From Octopus vulgaris (taxonomy: Eukaryota): a DNA stretch of 64,000 nt. Below the pieces are notes generated by a model that made no database searches, was not told the DNA's origin, and saw only the letters and a program-made list of their open reading frames with translations. The stretch spans positions 28,148,001 through 28,212,000 of the forward strand of contig OX597836.1 of assembly GCA_951406725.2 (NCBI GenBank). The letters are read 5' to 3'. Below are positions 24,061 to 38,260 of this stretch, piece by piece (the stretch's first letter is position 1; every line of letters begins with the position of its first letter). The translations under genes and the position numbers were made by a program.

Positions 24061-25066
24061 GATATATATTTATATATATACACACATGTGTGTATATATA
24101 TAAAACATATATATATATATATATATATATGTAATATATACATACTGTATATAAAAGAAATATCGAACTTAATATTATTCTAATCGTTGTGGATATGAAA
24201 CTTAAGAATATTTTAGATACGGAGACCTGTATATCTGGAGTTTAATTAACCAACCAAAGGATAAATAATATACAATATATATTGTATCACAGATATATAC
24301 ATCATATATATAAATATGTATCGTATATATATTATATAACTGTACGTATATAACAACATATATGCGTTTATATGTACACCTGTACTGTTATAAAAATCCT
24401 GGTAAGTAACCGTTCATAGTTGTATGTTTTTTAAAAATATTTTTTAAACTTTTACAACTTTTAATGTCTGCGTCGACCAAATGGATCACTTTATATATAT
24501 GTGTGTGTGTGTGTTTGTGCGTGTGTGTTATGCACACCTGTACTGTAACAATAATCCAGGTAAGCGACCACTGTTGGTTCTTTTGTTTGTTTTTTATCGT
24601 CTTCTTTTATAACTTTTAATGTCTGCATCGACCAAAATTAGTAACAATATTTTATCTTGTTAGACTGGGGCCATTTTAGGGCACCGTCTGGAACATTTTT
24701 ATTTCGATCCCTGTACTTTTTTTTTTTTTTTTTTGAGCCTGGTACTTACTCTATCGGTCTCTTTCGCCGAACCGACTGCTAAGTTACAGGGATGTAAACA
24801 CATGAACACCGATTGTCAAGCGGTGGTGAGGGACACACATATACACGATGGGTTTCTTTCAGTTTCCGTCAACCAAATCCACTCACAAGGCTTTGGTTGG
24901 CCCAAAGCTATAGTAGAAGACACTTGCCCAAGGTGCCACACAACAGGACTGAACCCAGACCACGTGATTAGCAAAGTTTCTAACCAAACAGCCACGCCTT
25001 TGTGTGTGTGTGTTTATATACACACCTATACAATAACAAAAATCCTGGTTTTTCTAATGTTTTTTG

Positions 25067-25916
25067 GAAAGACTACCTTTTGTGCCCCACCATAAAATTT
25101 TCTTTTAAATATTACACATGGTGGAAAATTGATTTCCTACCGTGTCCTATAATAATAATTATGAGAAAATTAAGAATCTCTATTAAAAAAAACTTCATTT
25201 CTGGGAAAGACTTTCACCTGTCCACCCCACTCCACCATTTTCTCCCAAATTTATTTATTTTTGTTTTTGTATTTTGCCAAAAATCCCCGTTTTCAGATAC
25301 GGAGGTACCGGAAAATTGCAAAAAATCGGCATTATGAAATTTCCCCCCAACATTTTCAATTTTGCCTTTTTTTCCCCCCAACACCAACCCTAACACCCTA
25401 ACGCTAAAACCCTAACCCTAAAACCATAACCGTAAGTACAGGAATGTTTTGAAATTTTTGTCCAAATCATGATGTCCATATTTTTCCGCATATTTTGAAA
25501 AAAAAAAAATGGTGTACAAAGTTTTAAATGAAGGAAATGGTGGTGGCGGGGGATTAATTTAGAAATGTCAATTTTTGCCAATTTTTTTTGCTGATTCATA
25601 TTCCCCATAGCCGAAAAGGGGGATTTGTGTCAAAAAAAAATTTTTTTAAAGGATGGTTTTTGCAGGGGACAGACAGAAGTCTTGCCCATTTGGAAAGGCA
25701 AATTTTATAAAGTTAGGCAATTTAGGCCTTAACGTTAGGCAAATTGGGACATAAATATACGTAATACAGAATTAAAGTTAGGCAAATAGAAATTTTAAAT
25801 TTTTGTGACTTTCTCATCATTATCATTATAAGACATTGTTGGAAGTCAATTTTCCACCATGTCTAATATTTTTTTTAAGATTTTATGGAGTCGGAGGTAC
25901 AAAAGGAAGTCTTTTC
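25067..25916. mobile_element. Old TIR element with about 75-bp imperfect inverted ends
   Basis: GAAAGACTACCTTTTGT...CATGGTGGAAAATTGATTTCC mirrored by GGAAGTCAATTTTCCACCATG...ACAAAAGGAAGTCTTTTC; internal CCCTAA-like patch. Confidence 0.65.
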
Positions 25917-26014
25917 ACAGTTAAGATCCTCCTTGGTTTATCTTGCAATATTATTTTATCTTTTGCTTGTTTCAATCATTGGACTTCAGCCATGCTGCGT
26001 CAATAGCTTGATTA

Positions 26015-26045
<31 letters not shown>

Positions 26046-26099
26046 GTATGTTCGAAAATTTTCCACTGATGTAATATCCGTTTATTATAATTATTATTA

Positions 26100-26590
26100 A
26101 GGCAGCAAGCTGGCAGAATTGTTAGCATGCAAGGCAAAATGCTTAGCAGCATTTCATCTGACTTTACATCCTGAGTGCAAAATTCTGCCGAGGTCAACTT
26201 TGCCTTTCATCCTTCCAGGAGTCAATGAAATAAGTACCAGTGAAACACTGGGGTCTATGTAATTGACTAGTCCCCTCCCTTCAAATTTCAAGCCTTGTTC
26301 CTCTAGTAGAAAGGATTATCATTATTATTATTATTAAGGCAACAAGCTGGCAGAATCATTAGAACACTAGGCAAAATACTTTCAGAGTTCAAATTCCACT
26401 GAAGTCAACTTCACTTTTCATCCTTTTGGGGTCAAGAAATTAAGTACCAGTTATGCACTGGGGTCGATGTAACTGACTAGTCCCAGGCTTTGTAATCTTA
26501 ATTGAAACGATTATGATTAAAAAGTCGGCGAGCTGGCAGAATCGTTTGCATGCTGGACAAAATGCTTAGCAGTATTTCGCCTGTTGCTAC
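26100..26590 (+). mobile_element. Three CpG-decayed SINE family B copies
   Basis: Heads at about 26100, 26337 and 26523 with most consensus CG changed to TG/CA. Confidence 0.8.
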
Positions 26591-26699
26591 TATTAATAAC
26601 ATCGAATAATACTTTAGGAATGAGAACCCAGGTTCAAAATGTCCCCAAGACACCTGATGAAGGCTGGAGGGTATATCAGCTGAAATATTGTCATCATTA

Positions 26700-27075
26700 T
26701 CATCATCATTGTTTAACGTCTGCTTTCCATGCTAGCATGGGTTGGATGATTTGACTGAGGACTGGCAAACCAGATGGCTGCACCAGGCTCCAATCTCGAT
26801 CTGGCAGAGTTTCTACAGCTGGATGCCCTTCCTAACGCCAACCACTCCAAGAGTTTAGTGGGTGCTTTTACATGCCACCGGCACGGGGGGCCAGTCAGGC
26901 AGTACTGGCAACGACCTCGCTTGAATCTTTTTACACATGCCACCGGCACAGGTGCCAGTAAGGCAATGCTGGTAACGATCACGCTCGAATAGTGCCTTTT
27001 ACATGCCACCGGCACGGAAGCCAGTTAGCCACTCTGGCAATGATCACACTCAGATGGTCCTCTTAGCACCCTACC
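26700..27075 (-). mobile_element. Family C retroposon (RTE-like 3' tail ending (GAT)n)
   Basis: GGTTGGCGTTAGGAAGGGCATCCAGCTGTAGAAAC...CCAACCCATGCTAGCATGGAAAG tail on the minus strand; other copies near 28880-29400, 32050-32350, 35672-35910, 47640-47992, 52074-52315 and 59838-60385. Confidence 0.75.
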
Positions 27076-27784
27076 AGCTCAGGGCTCAAGATGAGGACAA
27101 ATATCTATCAAATGTAAATAAAGTAAGGAGAATTTCTTTGAGGTGTTTGGATTATTATTTCCAACAGGTTGCATACAAAATATAAGTTTCCTTAAAGCAT
27201 CAGTTTTCATTCCTGATTAACATGGCTGTTAATTAGCCAAGTTTGCTTTATGTTTATAGAAGTAATTACTAGAGTTATTAATGGCAAAAATAAACGAAAT
27301 ACAATTAATTTTCTTCTGAATTATAGCTTTATCCATCTCATTTCACCCTTTGTACTGGTTGTGGTTAATGATGGATGTGGACAATTATTTGTGCAAACCC
27401 ATTATTAAAAGGTTAATGATAGGTTGGTACAACTATTTTAAGACTTGACATCCATTTATTATTTGTATTAAGTATTTAGATAACACTTGCTCACAAAATT
27501 ACCTTCATGTTTTTGACAAGGTAAATGAACACTATATTTTCGTAAGGCCCTGGAAATGCAAAATTGCCTTATTTAAGTGGTGAGGTGACAGACAGGTTAG
27601 TAGGCTAGGTAAAGTGCTTAGCAACATTTTGGTCATCTTCATGTTCTGAGGTTGACTTTGCCTTTCATCCTTTCAGAGTGTACCAGTTGGATACTAGGGT
27701 CGATGTAATTGACTTATCCCCACCACCAAACTTTCTGGCCTCGTGCCAAAATTTGAAAACAAAATATTCGTGGACTGTGCTAGT

Positions 27785-28190
27785 GACGTGTAAAAGACAC
27801 CTGTCATGGCAACACATAACAGGCAGCTGTGATGGTGACACATAAAAGGCACCCTGACAACGACGCATAAAGGGTACATGTGACGGCAACACACAAAGGG
27901 CACCCATGATGGCGATACGTAAAGGGCACCCATGATGGTGACGTGTAAAGGGCAACCGTGACAGCGACATGTAAAGGGCACCCATGATGACGACACGTAA
28001 AGGGCACCCATGACGGCGATGCATAAAGGGCACCCGTGACGGTGACGCTTAAAGTGTTCCTGTGACAGCGACGCTTAAAGGGCACCCATGACAGTGACAC
28101 GTATAGGGCACTCATGACAGCAACGTGTTAAGACCCATGCAATGACGCATAAAGGGCGCCCGTGGCGGTGACACGTAAAAGGCACCTGCT
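27785..28190 (+). repeat. 26-bp diverged minisatellite (GTAAAGGGCACCCATGAYGGCGACAC), about 15 units
   Basis: Direct reading; runs into family C sequence CTACACTC...GAGTGGTTG. Confidence 0.85.
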
Positions 28191-30049
28191 ACACTCATGG
28201 AGTGGTTGACATTAGGAAGGGCATCCAGCATGTTTTCGGTTCAGTCCCATTGCATGGCACCTTGGACAAGTATCTTCTACCATAGCATTGGGCCAACCAA
28301 AGTGAGTGGATTTGGTAGACGGAAGCTGTAAGAGGCCCATCATGTATATAAGCATGTGTGTGTCTGTGTTTGTCCCCCACTACCACTTGACAACCGGTGT
28401 TGGTATGTTTACATCCCAGTTACTAACCAGTTCAGCAAAAGACACCAATAGAATAAGTACCAAGTCCTGAGGTCAATTCATTCAACAAAAAATTCTTCAA
28501 GGCAGTACCCCAGCATGGCCATAGTCCACTGGCTGAAACAAACAAAAGATAGAAATCAAATACTGATAGCAATTCAATCAATTGTTCTAAAATGTTTGGC
28601 ACTTTCTTAACCACATCTGGTCCTCAAACGATTCTTTGTATGCTTTACTGCTAAGCATGGCTGCAGAAGAGAGTCTGGGTTAAGGTGTGTCCAGATAATG
28701 GTTACTCACCCATGTAGGGATGGGCTACTTGCATATTTCTATGTATTTATATGGCTCAGCAAGCCAAATGAGACCATAACCTCGTGACCTATGCCCCGCC
28801 AAGCCAAGTGAGACCATAACCTCATGGCTTATGTCAGGGGTGTAACCAGCTCACTTATGCGTACCTTTCCTTCATTGGATACTAAACTCTGCTTGCGAAG
28901 ACCTGTTGAGGCAAGTGAAATCAAAATCAAATTCAATGACTGGTATCTGTGCTAGTGGAGCGCTAAGAGTACCATCCGAGCATGATCATTGCCAGAACAG
29001 CTGACTGGCTTCCATGCCGGTGGCACGTAAAAAGCACCATTCGAGTGTGATCGTTACCAGTATCGCCTTACTGGCTTCCGTGCCGGTGGCATGTGAAATA
29101 ACATTTGAACAAGGTCATTGCCAATGCCGCTGGACTAGCTCCTGTGCAAGTGGCACATAAAAAACACCATTTGAGTGTGGCCATTGCCAGTACCGCCTGA
29201 CTGGCCCTCATGTCAGTGGCACGTAAAAGCACCCACTACACTCTCGGAGTGGTTGGCGTTAGGAAGGGCATCAAGCTGTAGAAACTCTGCCAGATCAGAC
29301 TGGAGCCTGGTGTAACCATCTGGTTTGCCAGTCCTCAGTCAAATCGTCCAACCCATGCTAGCATGGAAAGTGGACGTTAAACAATGATGATGATGATGAT
29401 CTATTGTGCATTATTTACTTGTCTTCATGTGTTTTTACGATCGCTTTTGATGTACCAGTATAGTGTATCACATCCTCACCTCACCTTTCTTTGCATATGT
29501 GCAATGAATATAATGAATGTGTGTGTATATATATATACATACATATACATATATTCCGTGGCACTCTGTCATTTGTGATGACGAGGGTTCCAGTTGATCC
29601 GATCAACGGAACAGCCAGGCACATGAAATTAACATGCAAGTGGCTGAGCACTCCGCAGACATGGGTACCCTTAATGTAGTTCTCGGGCAGATTCAGTGTG
29701 ACACAGAGTGTGACAAGGCTGGCCCCTTTGAAATACAGGTACAACAGAAACAGGAAGAAAGAGTACAGCACGGTTTGCCACCACCCCCTGCCGGAGCCTC
29801 ATGGAGCTTCAGGTGTTTTCGCTCAGTAAACACTATACCTGGTCTGGGAATCGAAACCGAGATCCTATGACTGTGGGCCCACTGCCACTAACCACTGGGC
29901 CATTGCACCTCCACATATATATATGTGTTTGTGTGTGTGCGTGTATGCATTCACATATATACACACACAGACACATTTGTATTTGTAGGTATATATGTGT
30001 GTGTGTATTTGTGTGTATGTATATGTGTATATTTATATATATGTGTGTG

Positions 30050-30290
30050 TGTGTGTATGTATGTATATCTATACATGTGTATATTTGTGTATGTATATCT
30101 ATACATGTGTATATTTGTGTATGTATGTATATCTATACATGTGTATATTTGTGTATGTATGTATATCTATACATGTGTATATTTGTGTATGTATGTATAT
30201 CTATACATGTGTATATTTGTGTATGTATGTATATCTATACATGTGTATATTTGTGTATGTATGTTTATCTATACAAGTGTATATATCTAT
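30050..30290. repeat. 34-bp tandem repeat grown from a TA/TG microsatellite
   Basis: GTATGTATATCTATACATGTGTATATTTGTGTAT repeated 6-7 times. Confidence 0.85.
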
Positions 30291-31452
30291 ACATATGTAT
30301 ATCTGTGCATGTATATTTGTATACATACGCAAGTATATCTATACATATGTGCATTCGTATGTGTGTGTGTGTGTGTGTATCTATACATATGTATATTTGC
30401 ATCAATACATATGTATATCTATATATATGTGTATATATATATGTATACGTAGGCATATGCGCCCTATTTCTTTACTACCCACAAGGGGCTAAACACAGAG
30501 AGGACAAACAAGAACAGACAAACGGATTAAGTCAATTACATCGACCCCAGTGCGTAACTGGTTCTTAATTTATCGACCCCGAAAGGATGAAAGGCAAAGT
30601 CAACCTCAGCGGAATTTGAACTCAGAACGTAACGGCAGACGAAATACTGCTACGCATTTCACCCGGCCTGCTAACGTTTCTGCCAGCTCACCGCATATGC
30701 CCCCCCCCCCCTCAGCCCCACTTAATTTGCAAAAACGTAGGTGAATGTAACGAAAATGGCACATGTGAATGAACCTGCTGTAAGGATGCACCTGTAGGCA
30801 GAAAATTACAAAAGAGTGAGAAACCAGGTGCCTTGGTGCTCCTGATTAGCAGGATGACATGGGATCTTTGGGGTTCCTTCAATGCCTTAGAAGACCTCTT
30901 GTATCCATTATCCTCATCATTTAATTAATACTGTATACTATAATCTTTACTCTTTTTACTCTTTTACTTGTTTCAATCATTTGACTGCGGCCATGCTGGA
31001 GCACCGTCTTTAGTCGAGCAAATCGACCCTGGGACTTATTCTTTGTAAGCCCAGTACTTATTCTATCAGTCTCTTTTGCCAAACCACTAAGTGACGGGGA
31101 CGTAAACACACCAGCATCGGTTGTCAAGCAATGTTAGGGGGACAAACACACACATACACATATATAGATATATATACATATATACGACAGGCTTCTTTCA
31201 GTTTCCGTCTACCAAATCCACTCACAAGGCATTGGTCGGCCCGGGGCTATAGCAGAAGACCACTTGCCCAAGATGCCACGCAGTGGGACTGAACCCGGAA
31301 CCATGTGGTTGGTTAGCAAGCTACTTACCACACAGCCACTCCTGCGCTATGTATATTTTTTTCGTTAATCAATAATTCCATCTTATGTAAATACTCACAC
31401 TTTAAGTCTGTTTGTTGTATCGTTGCCCTGGTGGCAAATAAAAGAAACTTAG

Positions 31453-31812
31453 TATTACCTCCACCTTAGCGAAAGCGGAGGTATTGTTTTTAGCTGTGTT
31501 TGTTTGTTTGTTTGTCCATGGACAAGATATCTCAAGAACCGCTGGATTGATTTGGATGAAACTTTCAGGGATGTTTGACCTTGTGACTGGAACAAACCGA
31601 TTTGATTATGGGATCAATCCAGTACCAGGCAGGGATTCTGGATTATTTTTTCAGTTTTTTTACTTAATTTTTGAGAGGTTCATTTTTAGTATTCTCGTTT
31701 GTGAGAGCCGTCAAGTTTTATTTCAGATATTCTCATTTTAAAAGTCATCTCCAGCTAATCGTTGAGAGGATGTTGTTGTTGCCTTGGCAGAGGTTTGCGC
31801 TCACTGAGTGTT
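31453..31812 (+). mobile_element. Helentron-associated non-autonomous element (HINE/DINE-1-like)
   Basis: 5' TATTACCTCCACC with nearby inverted GCGGAGGTA, (GTTT)n patch, 3' subTIR GGCAGAGGT and terminal hairpin GCGCTCACTGAGTGT. Confidence 0.65.
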
Positions 31813-33249
31813 ATTATTATTATTATTATTATTAGTAAAAAGGCAATGAGCTGGCAGAATCGTTAGCACACCAGACAAAATGTTTAGCTGCATTTCATCT
31901 GACTTTACTTCCTGAGTTCAAATTCCACCGAGGTCAACTTTGCCAGTCATCCTTTTGGGAGTTGATAAAGTAAGTACCAGTTGAACACTGGGGTTGATGT
32001 AATTACCTTCTCCCCCAAAATTTCAGGCCTTGTGCTAAAATTTGAAGCCATTAGCACCATCCGAATCGTGGCCGATGCCAGTGCTACCTCGACTGGCTTC
32101 CGTGCCGGTGGCACGTAAAATGCACCAATCCGACCATGGCCGTTGCCAGCCTCGCCTGGCACCTGTGCAGGTGGCATGTAAAAAGCACCCACTACTCACA
32201 GAGTGGTTGGCATTAGGAAGGGCATCCAACTGTAGAAACACTGCCAGATAAGACTGGAGCCTGGTGCAGCCTTCTGGCTTCCCAGATCCCCGGTCGAACC
32301 GTCCAACCCATGCTAGCATGGAGAACGGACGTTAAACGATGATGATGATTGGTATTTGGAATTCATTTATGCTCACTCTCTATTTGTACTACCTTCAAGG
32401 CATAGGCAAGTTTTCTTAATACTGTTCATTTATTTTGATTTCCACAAATAAAATCCCAGTCGAGTACAGGAATTTCAGCCCTTACCTCTGTCCTAATTAT
32501 CATCACCATGATTACGGAGAGGAAGTGGGAGGCACCAAAATTATTATTGGTTATGTCTATTTACGTTGCAATCTCTCTCATTCAGGTCACGACTTTTTAA
32601 GCTCTTTCAGATCAATAAAACAAATGGTTGAGTTTTCAAAACAGCTGCCCCTCAATGTCCCTTATTTTATGGGAATCATAAAATAACAATGGTAGATTGT
32701 TGTTGTTCTTATTATTGTTTTTGTTATTTGTTTGTTTTGTTTTGTTTTGTTTTTAATTCTCAATGGAAATTATGATTCTGAAAGAAAACATTTCTTTCTG
32801 TACTCTGAATGAAACAGCAAAGTACAAGCTTGATCTGATCAACTATAGCAAGGGTCCCCAACCGCTAGGCCTTGGACTAGTACCCCACCATATATCATTT
32901 GGTATCAGGCCACACAGAAAGAATAAATTTACAAATTTCGTTTCTATTTTATTGACTATTGCAGTCTGCAGGATGTCTTTGCATTATGTCTGCGGCGAGC
33001 TGGCAGAAACGTTAGCGCGCTGAGCGAAATGCTTAGTGGTATTTCGTCTGTCGTTACGTTCTGAGTTCAAATTCCACCGAGGTCGACTTTGCCTTTCATC
33101 CTTTCGGGGTCGATAAATAAAGTACCAGTTTCGCACTGGGGTCGATGTAATCGACTTAATCCCTTTGTCTGTTCTTGTTTAGCCCCTTGTGGGTAGTAAA
33201 GAAATATATATATATGTAATAATTAAATTATATATTTTACAATGTGTTT

Positions 33250-33642
33250 ATCTCATCTATCTTGTCCCACAGGATGCCCCAAGACTGTTTCCACACATTT
33301 TCCCCATTCATCTTGATCTTCCATAATGGTCCTCATCTCCTGTACCCCTTCCATACCAGTATCCTCCAGCAAGTTGTCAATATAGGTCGTCTTCTTCCTT
33401 CCGTTGGTTGCCAGAGCACTAAGCTTGTTAGCAATTTCATCGGTGTGTCTGATGCAGTGTCCAGCCAGCCTCATCCTTCTATATTGTATCTTTGATGTTA
33501 CTTTTGGTAGTCCCTGGTACAAGTCGGCGTTTGTTGTATGACTCTTCCAGGAGACATTGAGTGCCATTCTAAGCATCCTCGTACAACAACCGTCCAACTG
33601 CTGCTTCAAGGCTTTAGTGAGTGTCCATGTTTCAGTCCCTTA
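33250..33642 (-). mobile_element. 3' fragment of an RTE-like LINE ORF
   Basis: GTETWTLTKALKQQLDGCCTRMLRMALNVSWKSH...LY..LPKV...RRMRLAGHCIRH, post-RT region motif. Confidence 0.8.
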
Positions 33643-34146
33643 TAGAAGAACAATTATTTGCATGATCCCCTGGTCTGTGAAAAAATTGTCTTACATAAAA
33701 CCAGTCTGTGGCACAAGAAAAGTTGGGGATGGCTGGACTATATTACTTTCACAAAATGAATTCATGGGTGTGTGCCAGCATTAGAAATTACCATTACATC
33801 TGTCTTCATGCTCTGAAGTCAAATTCCTCCAAGGTTGACTTTACCTTTCATCTTTTTCGGGGTCTATAAAATAAGTACCAGTTATGCACTGGGGTTGATG
33901 TAAATGACTAGCCCCTCCCCCAAAATTTCAGGCCTTGTACCTTTCGCAGAAAGGATTATTATTATTATTATTATAGGTGTAGGAGCTGCTGTGTGGTAAG
34001 TAGCTTGCTTACCAACCACATGGTTCCAGGTTCAGTCCCACTGTGTGGCACCTTTGGCAAATGTCTTCTACTATAGCCTCGGGCCGACTAAAGCCTTGTG
34101 AGTGGATTTGGTAGATGGAAACTGAAAGAAGCCCATCGTATATATG

Positions 34147-34187
<41 letters not shown>

Positions 34188-34899
34188 ATGTTTGTGTGTC
34201 TGTGTTTGTCTCCCCAACATCGCTTGACAACTGATGCTGGTGTGTTTACGTCCCCGTAACTTAGCAGTTCAGCAAAAGAGACTGATGGAATAAGTACAAG
34301 GCTTACAAAGAATAAGTCCTGGGATCGATATGTTCAACTAAAGGCGGTGCTCCAGCATGGCCACAGTCAAATGACTGAAACAAGTAAAAGAGTATTATTA
34401 TTATTATCATTATTATTCACCTCATGCAACTATTAAAACAAACTGCTATTGCTGCCTTCTCACTTTTAATGACATTTATTTAACTTTCACACCACCTGTC
34501 CAACATGTGTGTAAATTAAATAAAATCACACACACCTTTCTAAATCTATTCACCTTTGAAACTGTAAAATTGTCATAGGAATGTAGGAAAACTTGATTAA
34601 AATGTGTGTGTGTGTGTGTGTGCGTATAAAATACATCTATGTATGTATATTTGTGTGTGACCTTCATCATCATCTTCATTAAACATCTGTTTTCCCTGCT
34701 GGCATGGTTTGGATGGTTTAACTGAAAACTGGTAAGCCAGGGAGCTGCACCAGGTTCCAGTCTGATTTGGTAAGGTTTCTATAGCTGGATGCCCTTCCTA
34801 ACACCAAGCACTTCAAGAGTGCAATGGGTGCTTTTTACACGCCAGTTATCCAGCACTGGCATCAGCCATGACTACAATCTCACTTGGCTTGATATATAC

Positions 34900-34947
<48 letters not shown>

Positions 34948-35161
34948 TTAGGCTATATGAGATAATGGTGTCGATGAGACCCAAAAGTGTCAGGTAATGC
35001 TGAATAAGTGCTATAGACAGACCGCTTTTCTGCTCACACCATCTCCGATGAAGGGATATTATTATTAATTAATATTCTAGATACAGCTGTAAGACCTTCT
35101 ATCTATAAATGCTCTAATATCTATACAGCCTTGGGTTTTTTTTATCTCATTACGCAAAAAA

Positions 35162-35204
<43 letters not shown>

Positions 35205-35416
35205 TCTCTTTACTCTCTTTTACTTGTTTCAGTCATTTGACTGCGGCCATGCTGGAGCACCGCCTTTAGTCGAGCAAATCAACCCGGGATTTATTCTTTG
35301 TAAGCCCAGTACTTATTCTATCAGTTTCTTTTTTGACGAACCACTAAGTGACGGGGACATAAACACACCAGCATCGGTTGTCAAGCAATGCTAGGGGGAC
35401 AAACACAGACACACAA

Positions 35417-35468
<52 letters not shown>

Positions 35469-36122
35469 GACAGGCTTCTTTCAGTTTCCGTCTACCAAAT
35501 CCACTCACAAGGCATTGGTCGGCCCGGGGCTATAGCAGAAGACACTTGCCCAAGATGCCACACAGAGGGACTGAACCTGGAACCATGTGGTTGGTTAGCA
35601 AGCTACTTACCACATAAATAGATAGATACAGGAGTAAATGTAAGAACAAACAAGTTAAGCAAGTAGATATGCATCATCATCGTTTAACGACCATTTTCCA
35701 TGCTAGCATGGGTTGGACGGTTTGACCGGGATCTGGGAAGCCAGGAGGCTGCACCAGGCTCCAGTCTGATCTGGCAGTGTTTCTACAGCTGGATGCCCTT
35801 CCTAACGCCAACCACTCCATGAGTGTAGTGGGTGCTTTTTACGTGCCACCGGCACAGGGGCCAGAGGAGGCTGGCAAATGACCACGATTGGTTGGTGCTT
35901 TTTACGTGTCATTAAATACATTTAATACAAGTAATGTACAGATGTACGGATATAAAAAAGTTCCGACTTACACAGAATATAAATGATGTCAGGAATTAAA
36001 GGGCATGAGTTTTATGAGTCCAACAGCTATTTCTGGGGACTTGAAGGTCTGGAATAATGATAGAAATGATAGTCAGACTTTTTTATATCCATACATATGT
36101 ACATTTTTTTGTATTAAATGTA

Positions 36123-36651
36123 CATGGTTATTCAAAAAGAATGAACTGATTTCATTACACAATCTTTTAATAAGGAAAAGCAAATAAAAACTCCAGTTAA
36201 GTCATAAGTATTTACTCACAATCAACTTTTATTTCCTGTATTATAAGTATACAATGTGGGTACCTTCAGTACGGGCAAATTCAAAGCGATAAGAGAATTC
36301 CTCTCAGACGCTCTTTGTGCTTGGCCTGAAAGATCCCCAGACCTCACCACATGTGATTTTTGCTTGTGGGGATATATAAAAGATCTCGTTTATGTTCCAC
36401 CGCTACTCACTAACCTCAATGACCTTAAACATCAAATAACAATAGCGATCAACACAGTGGATTGTGATATGTGATATGCTGTCTGGGATGAATTATCTGT
36501 GCTGCAAGTGGTGACCCCATTGAACACTTGTTGGACAGGAAATAAAAGTTGATTGTGAGTAAATACTTGTGACTTAGCTGGAGTTTACTATTGAGTTTCC
36601 TTATTAAAATATTGCGTAATGAAATCTGTTCATTCTTTTTGAATAACCCTG
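36123..36651 (+). mobile_element. Deleted Tc1/mariner element with long (about 117-bp) TIRs, DD41D/rosa-like
   Basis: TIRs CA(T/G)GGTTATTCAAAAAGAATGAAC...ACTTTTATTTCCTGT; TA TSDs; internal WPERSPDLTTCDFCLWGYIKDLVY. Confidence 0.88.
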
Positions 36652-37409
36652 TATTTAATTAGAAATAGTGCATTTCTAAATCTTTCAGAGAGATTTATAC
36701 AGTAGCAGCATGATAAAGTGATGGTTTGTTGCCAACTTAATGTGGCATTCCCAGGAAAGGGAAGAATACTACTGTTATTTATTTCCGGGAAACATTATTT
36801 CCAGTTGGCTATGTGACACAAGCGTTCTGTGTCCTTCGCATTGTTTTAGACTTCAAATGATGCCACCCCACTGGCTAAGCGAGCAGGCCAACAGAAGAAA
36901 GATTAAGAGAAAGTTGTGGTGAAAGAGTACAGCAAGGATCGCCACCACCCCCTGTCGGAGCCTCATGGAGCTTCAGGTGTTTTCGCTCAATAAACACTCG
37001 GTCTGGGAATCAAAACCGTGATCCTATGATCATGAGTCTGCTGCCCTAACCACTGGGCCATTGTGCCTGCACACAAATACTATAAATATATATATGTATA
37101 TATTGGAGTAATATTTTTCTCGATTGGGCAATCTACTAGCACAAATCAATGTGTTGACTGAATTCTATATAATGCTATATGCTTTATCAGTTGATTCAGA
37201 GTTGCCTCTCTTAGATACATCTCATTGACAAGAGTCAATAAACTCAAAACATCGATGTCTCAGATTCCTGAGAGAGGACGACACTGAATGAATTGGGTGT
37301 TTTCACACCTTTTTACCATAAGAGAGATTTTTTTCTCCATGGTAACTGCAGTGTATTTCTCTTTAACAGTTGAAATATGTGACAAACATATTTCAACTAA
37401 CCTAAATTG

Positions 37410-37451
<42 letters not shown>

Positions 37452-37855
37452 AGTGCAGGAGTGGTTGTGTGGTAGATAGCTCACTTACCAACCACATGGT
37501 TCCAGGTTCAGTCCCACTGTGTGGCACCTTGGGCAAGTGTCTTCTACTATAGCTCAGGCCGACCAAAGCCTTGTTAGTGGATTTGGTAGATGGAAACTGA
37601 AAGAAGCCCGTCGTATATATACATATATGTGTGTGTGTGTGTATGTTTGTGTGTCTGGGGCCTCCCCTCAACCATCACTTGACAACTGATGTTGGTGTGT
37701 TTACGTCTCCGTAACTTAGTGGTTCGGCAAAAAGAGACTGATAGAATAAGTACTAGGCTTACAAAAAATAATTCCTGGAATCGATTTGTTCGATTAAAGG
37801 CGGTGCTCCAGCATGGCCATAGTCAAATGATTGAAACAATAAAAGAATAAAAAAA

Positions 37856-37898
<43 letters not shown>

Positions 37899-38260
37899 CA
37901 CACACACATGCATAAAGATAAGTAACAACAACAATAATGATAAGGATTCTTTCTACTAAAGGCACAAGGCCTGAAATTTGTGGGAAAGGTAACTAGTTGA
38001 GCACATCGACACCGGTACAAAACTGGTACTTAATTTATGAATCCCAAAAGGATGAAAGGCAAAGTCGAGCTCAGAACATAAAGATGAACGAAATACCACG
38101 AAACATTTTGTCCAGTGTCCGAACTATTCTGCGAGCTTGCTACTTTCAATCATCATCTTCATCATCATCACCATTTAACATACGCCTTCTATGCTGGCAT
38201 GAATGGCACGGTTTGACAGGAGCCGGCTTGGCAAAACCCTGCACCAGACTTCTGTGACTG

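Noticed and set aside
25385-25432. Interstitial telomere
   Set aside because: Only a few degenerate CCCTAA units inside a TIR element
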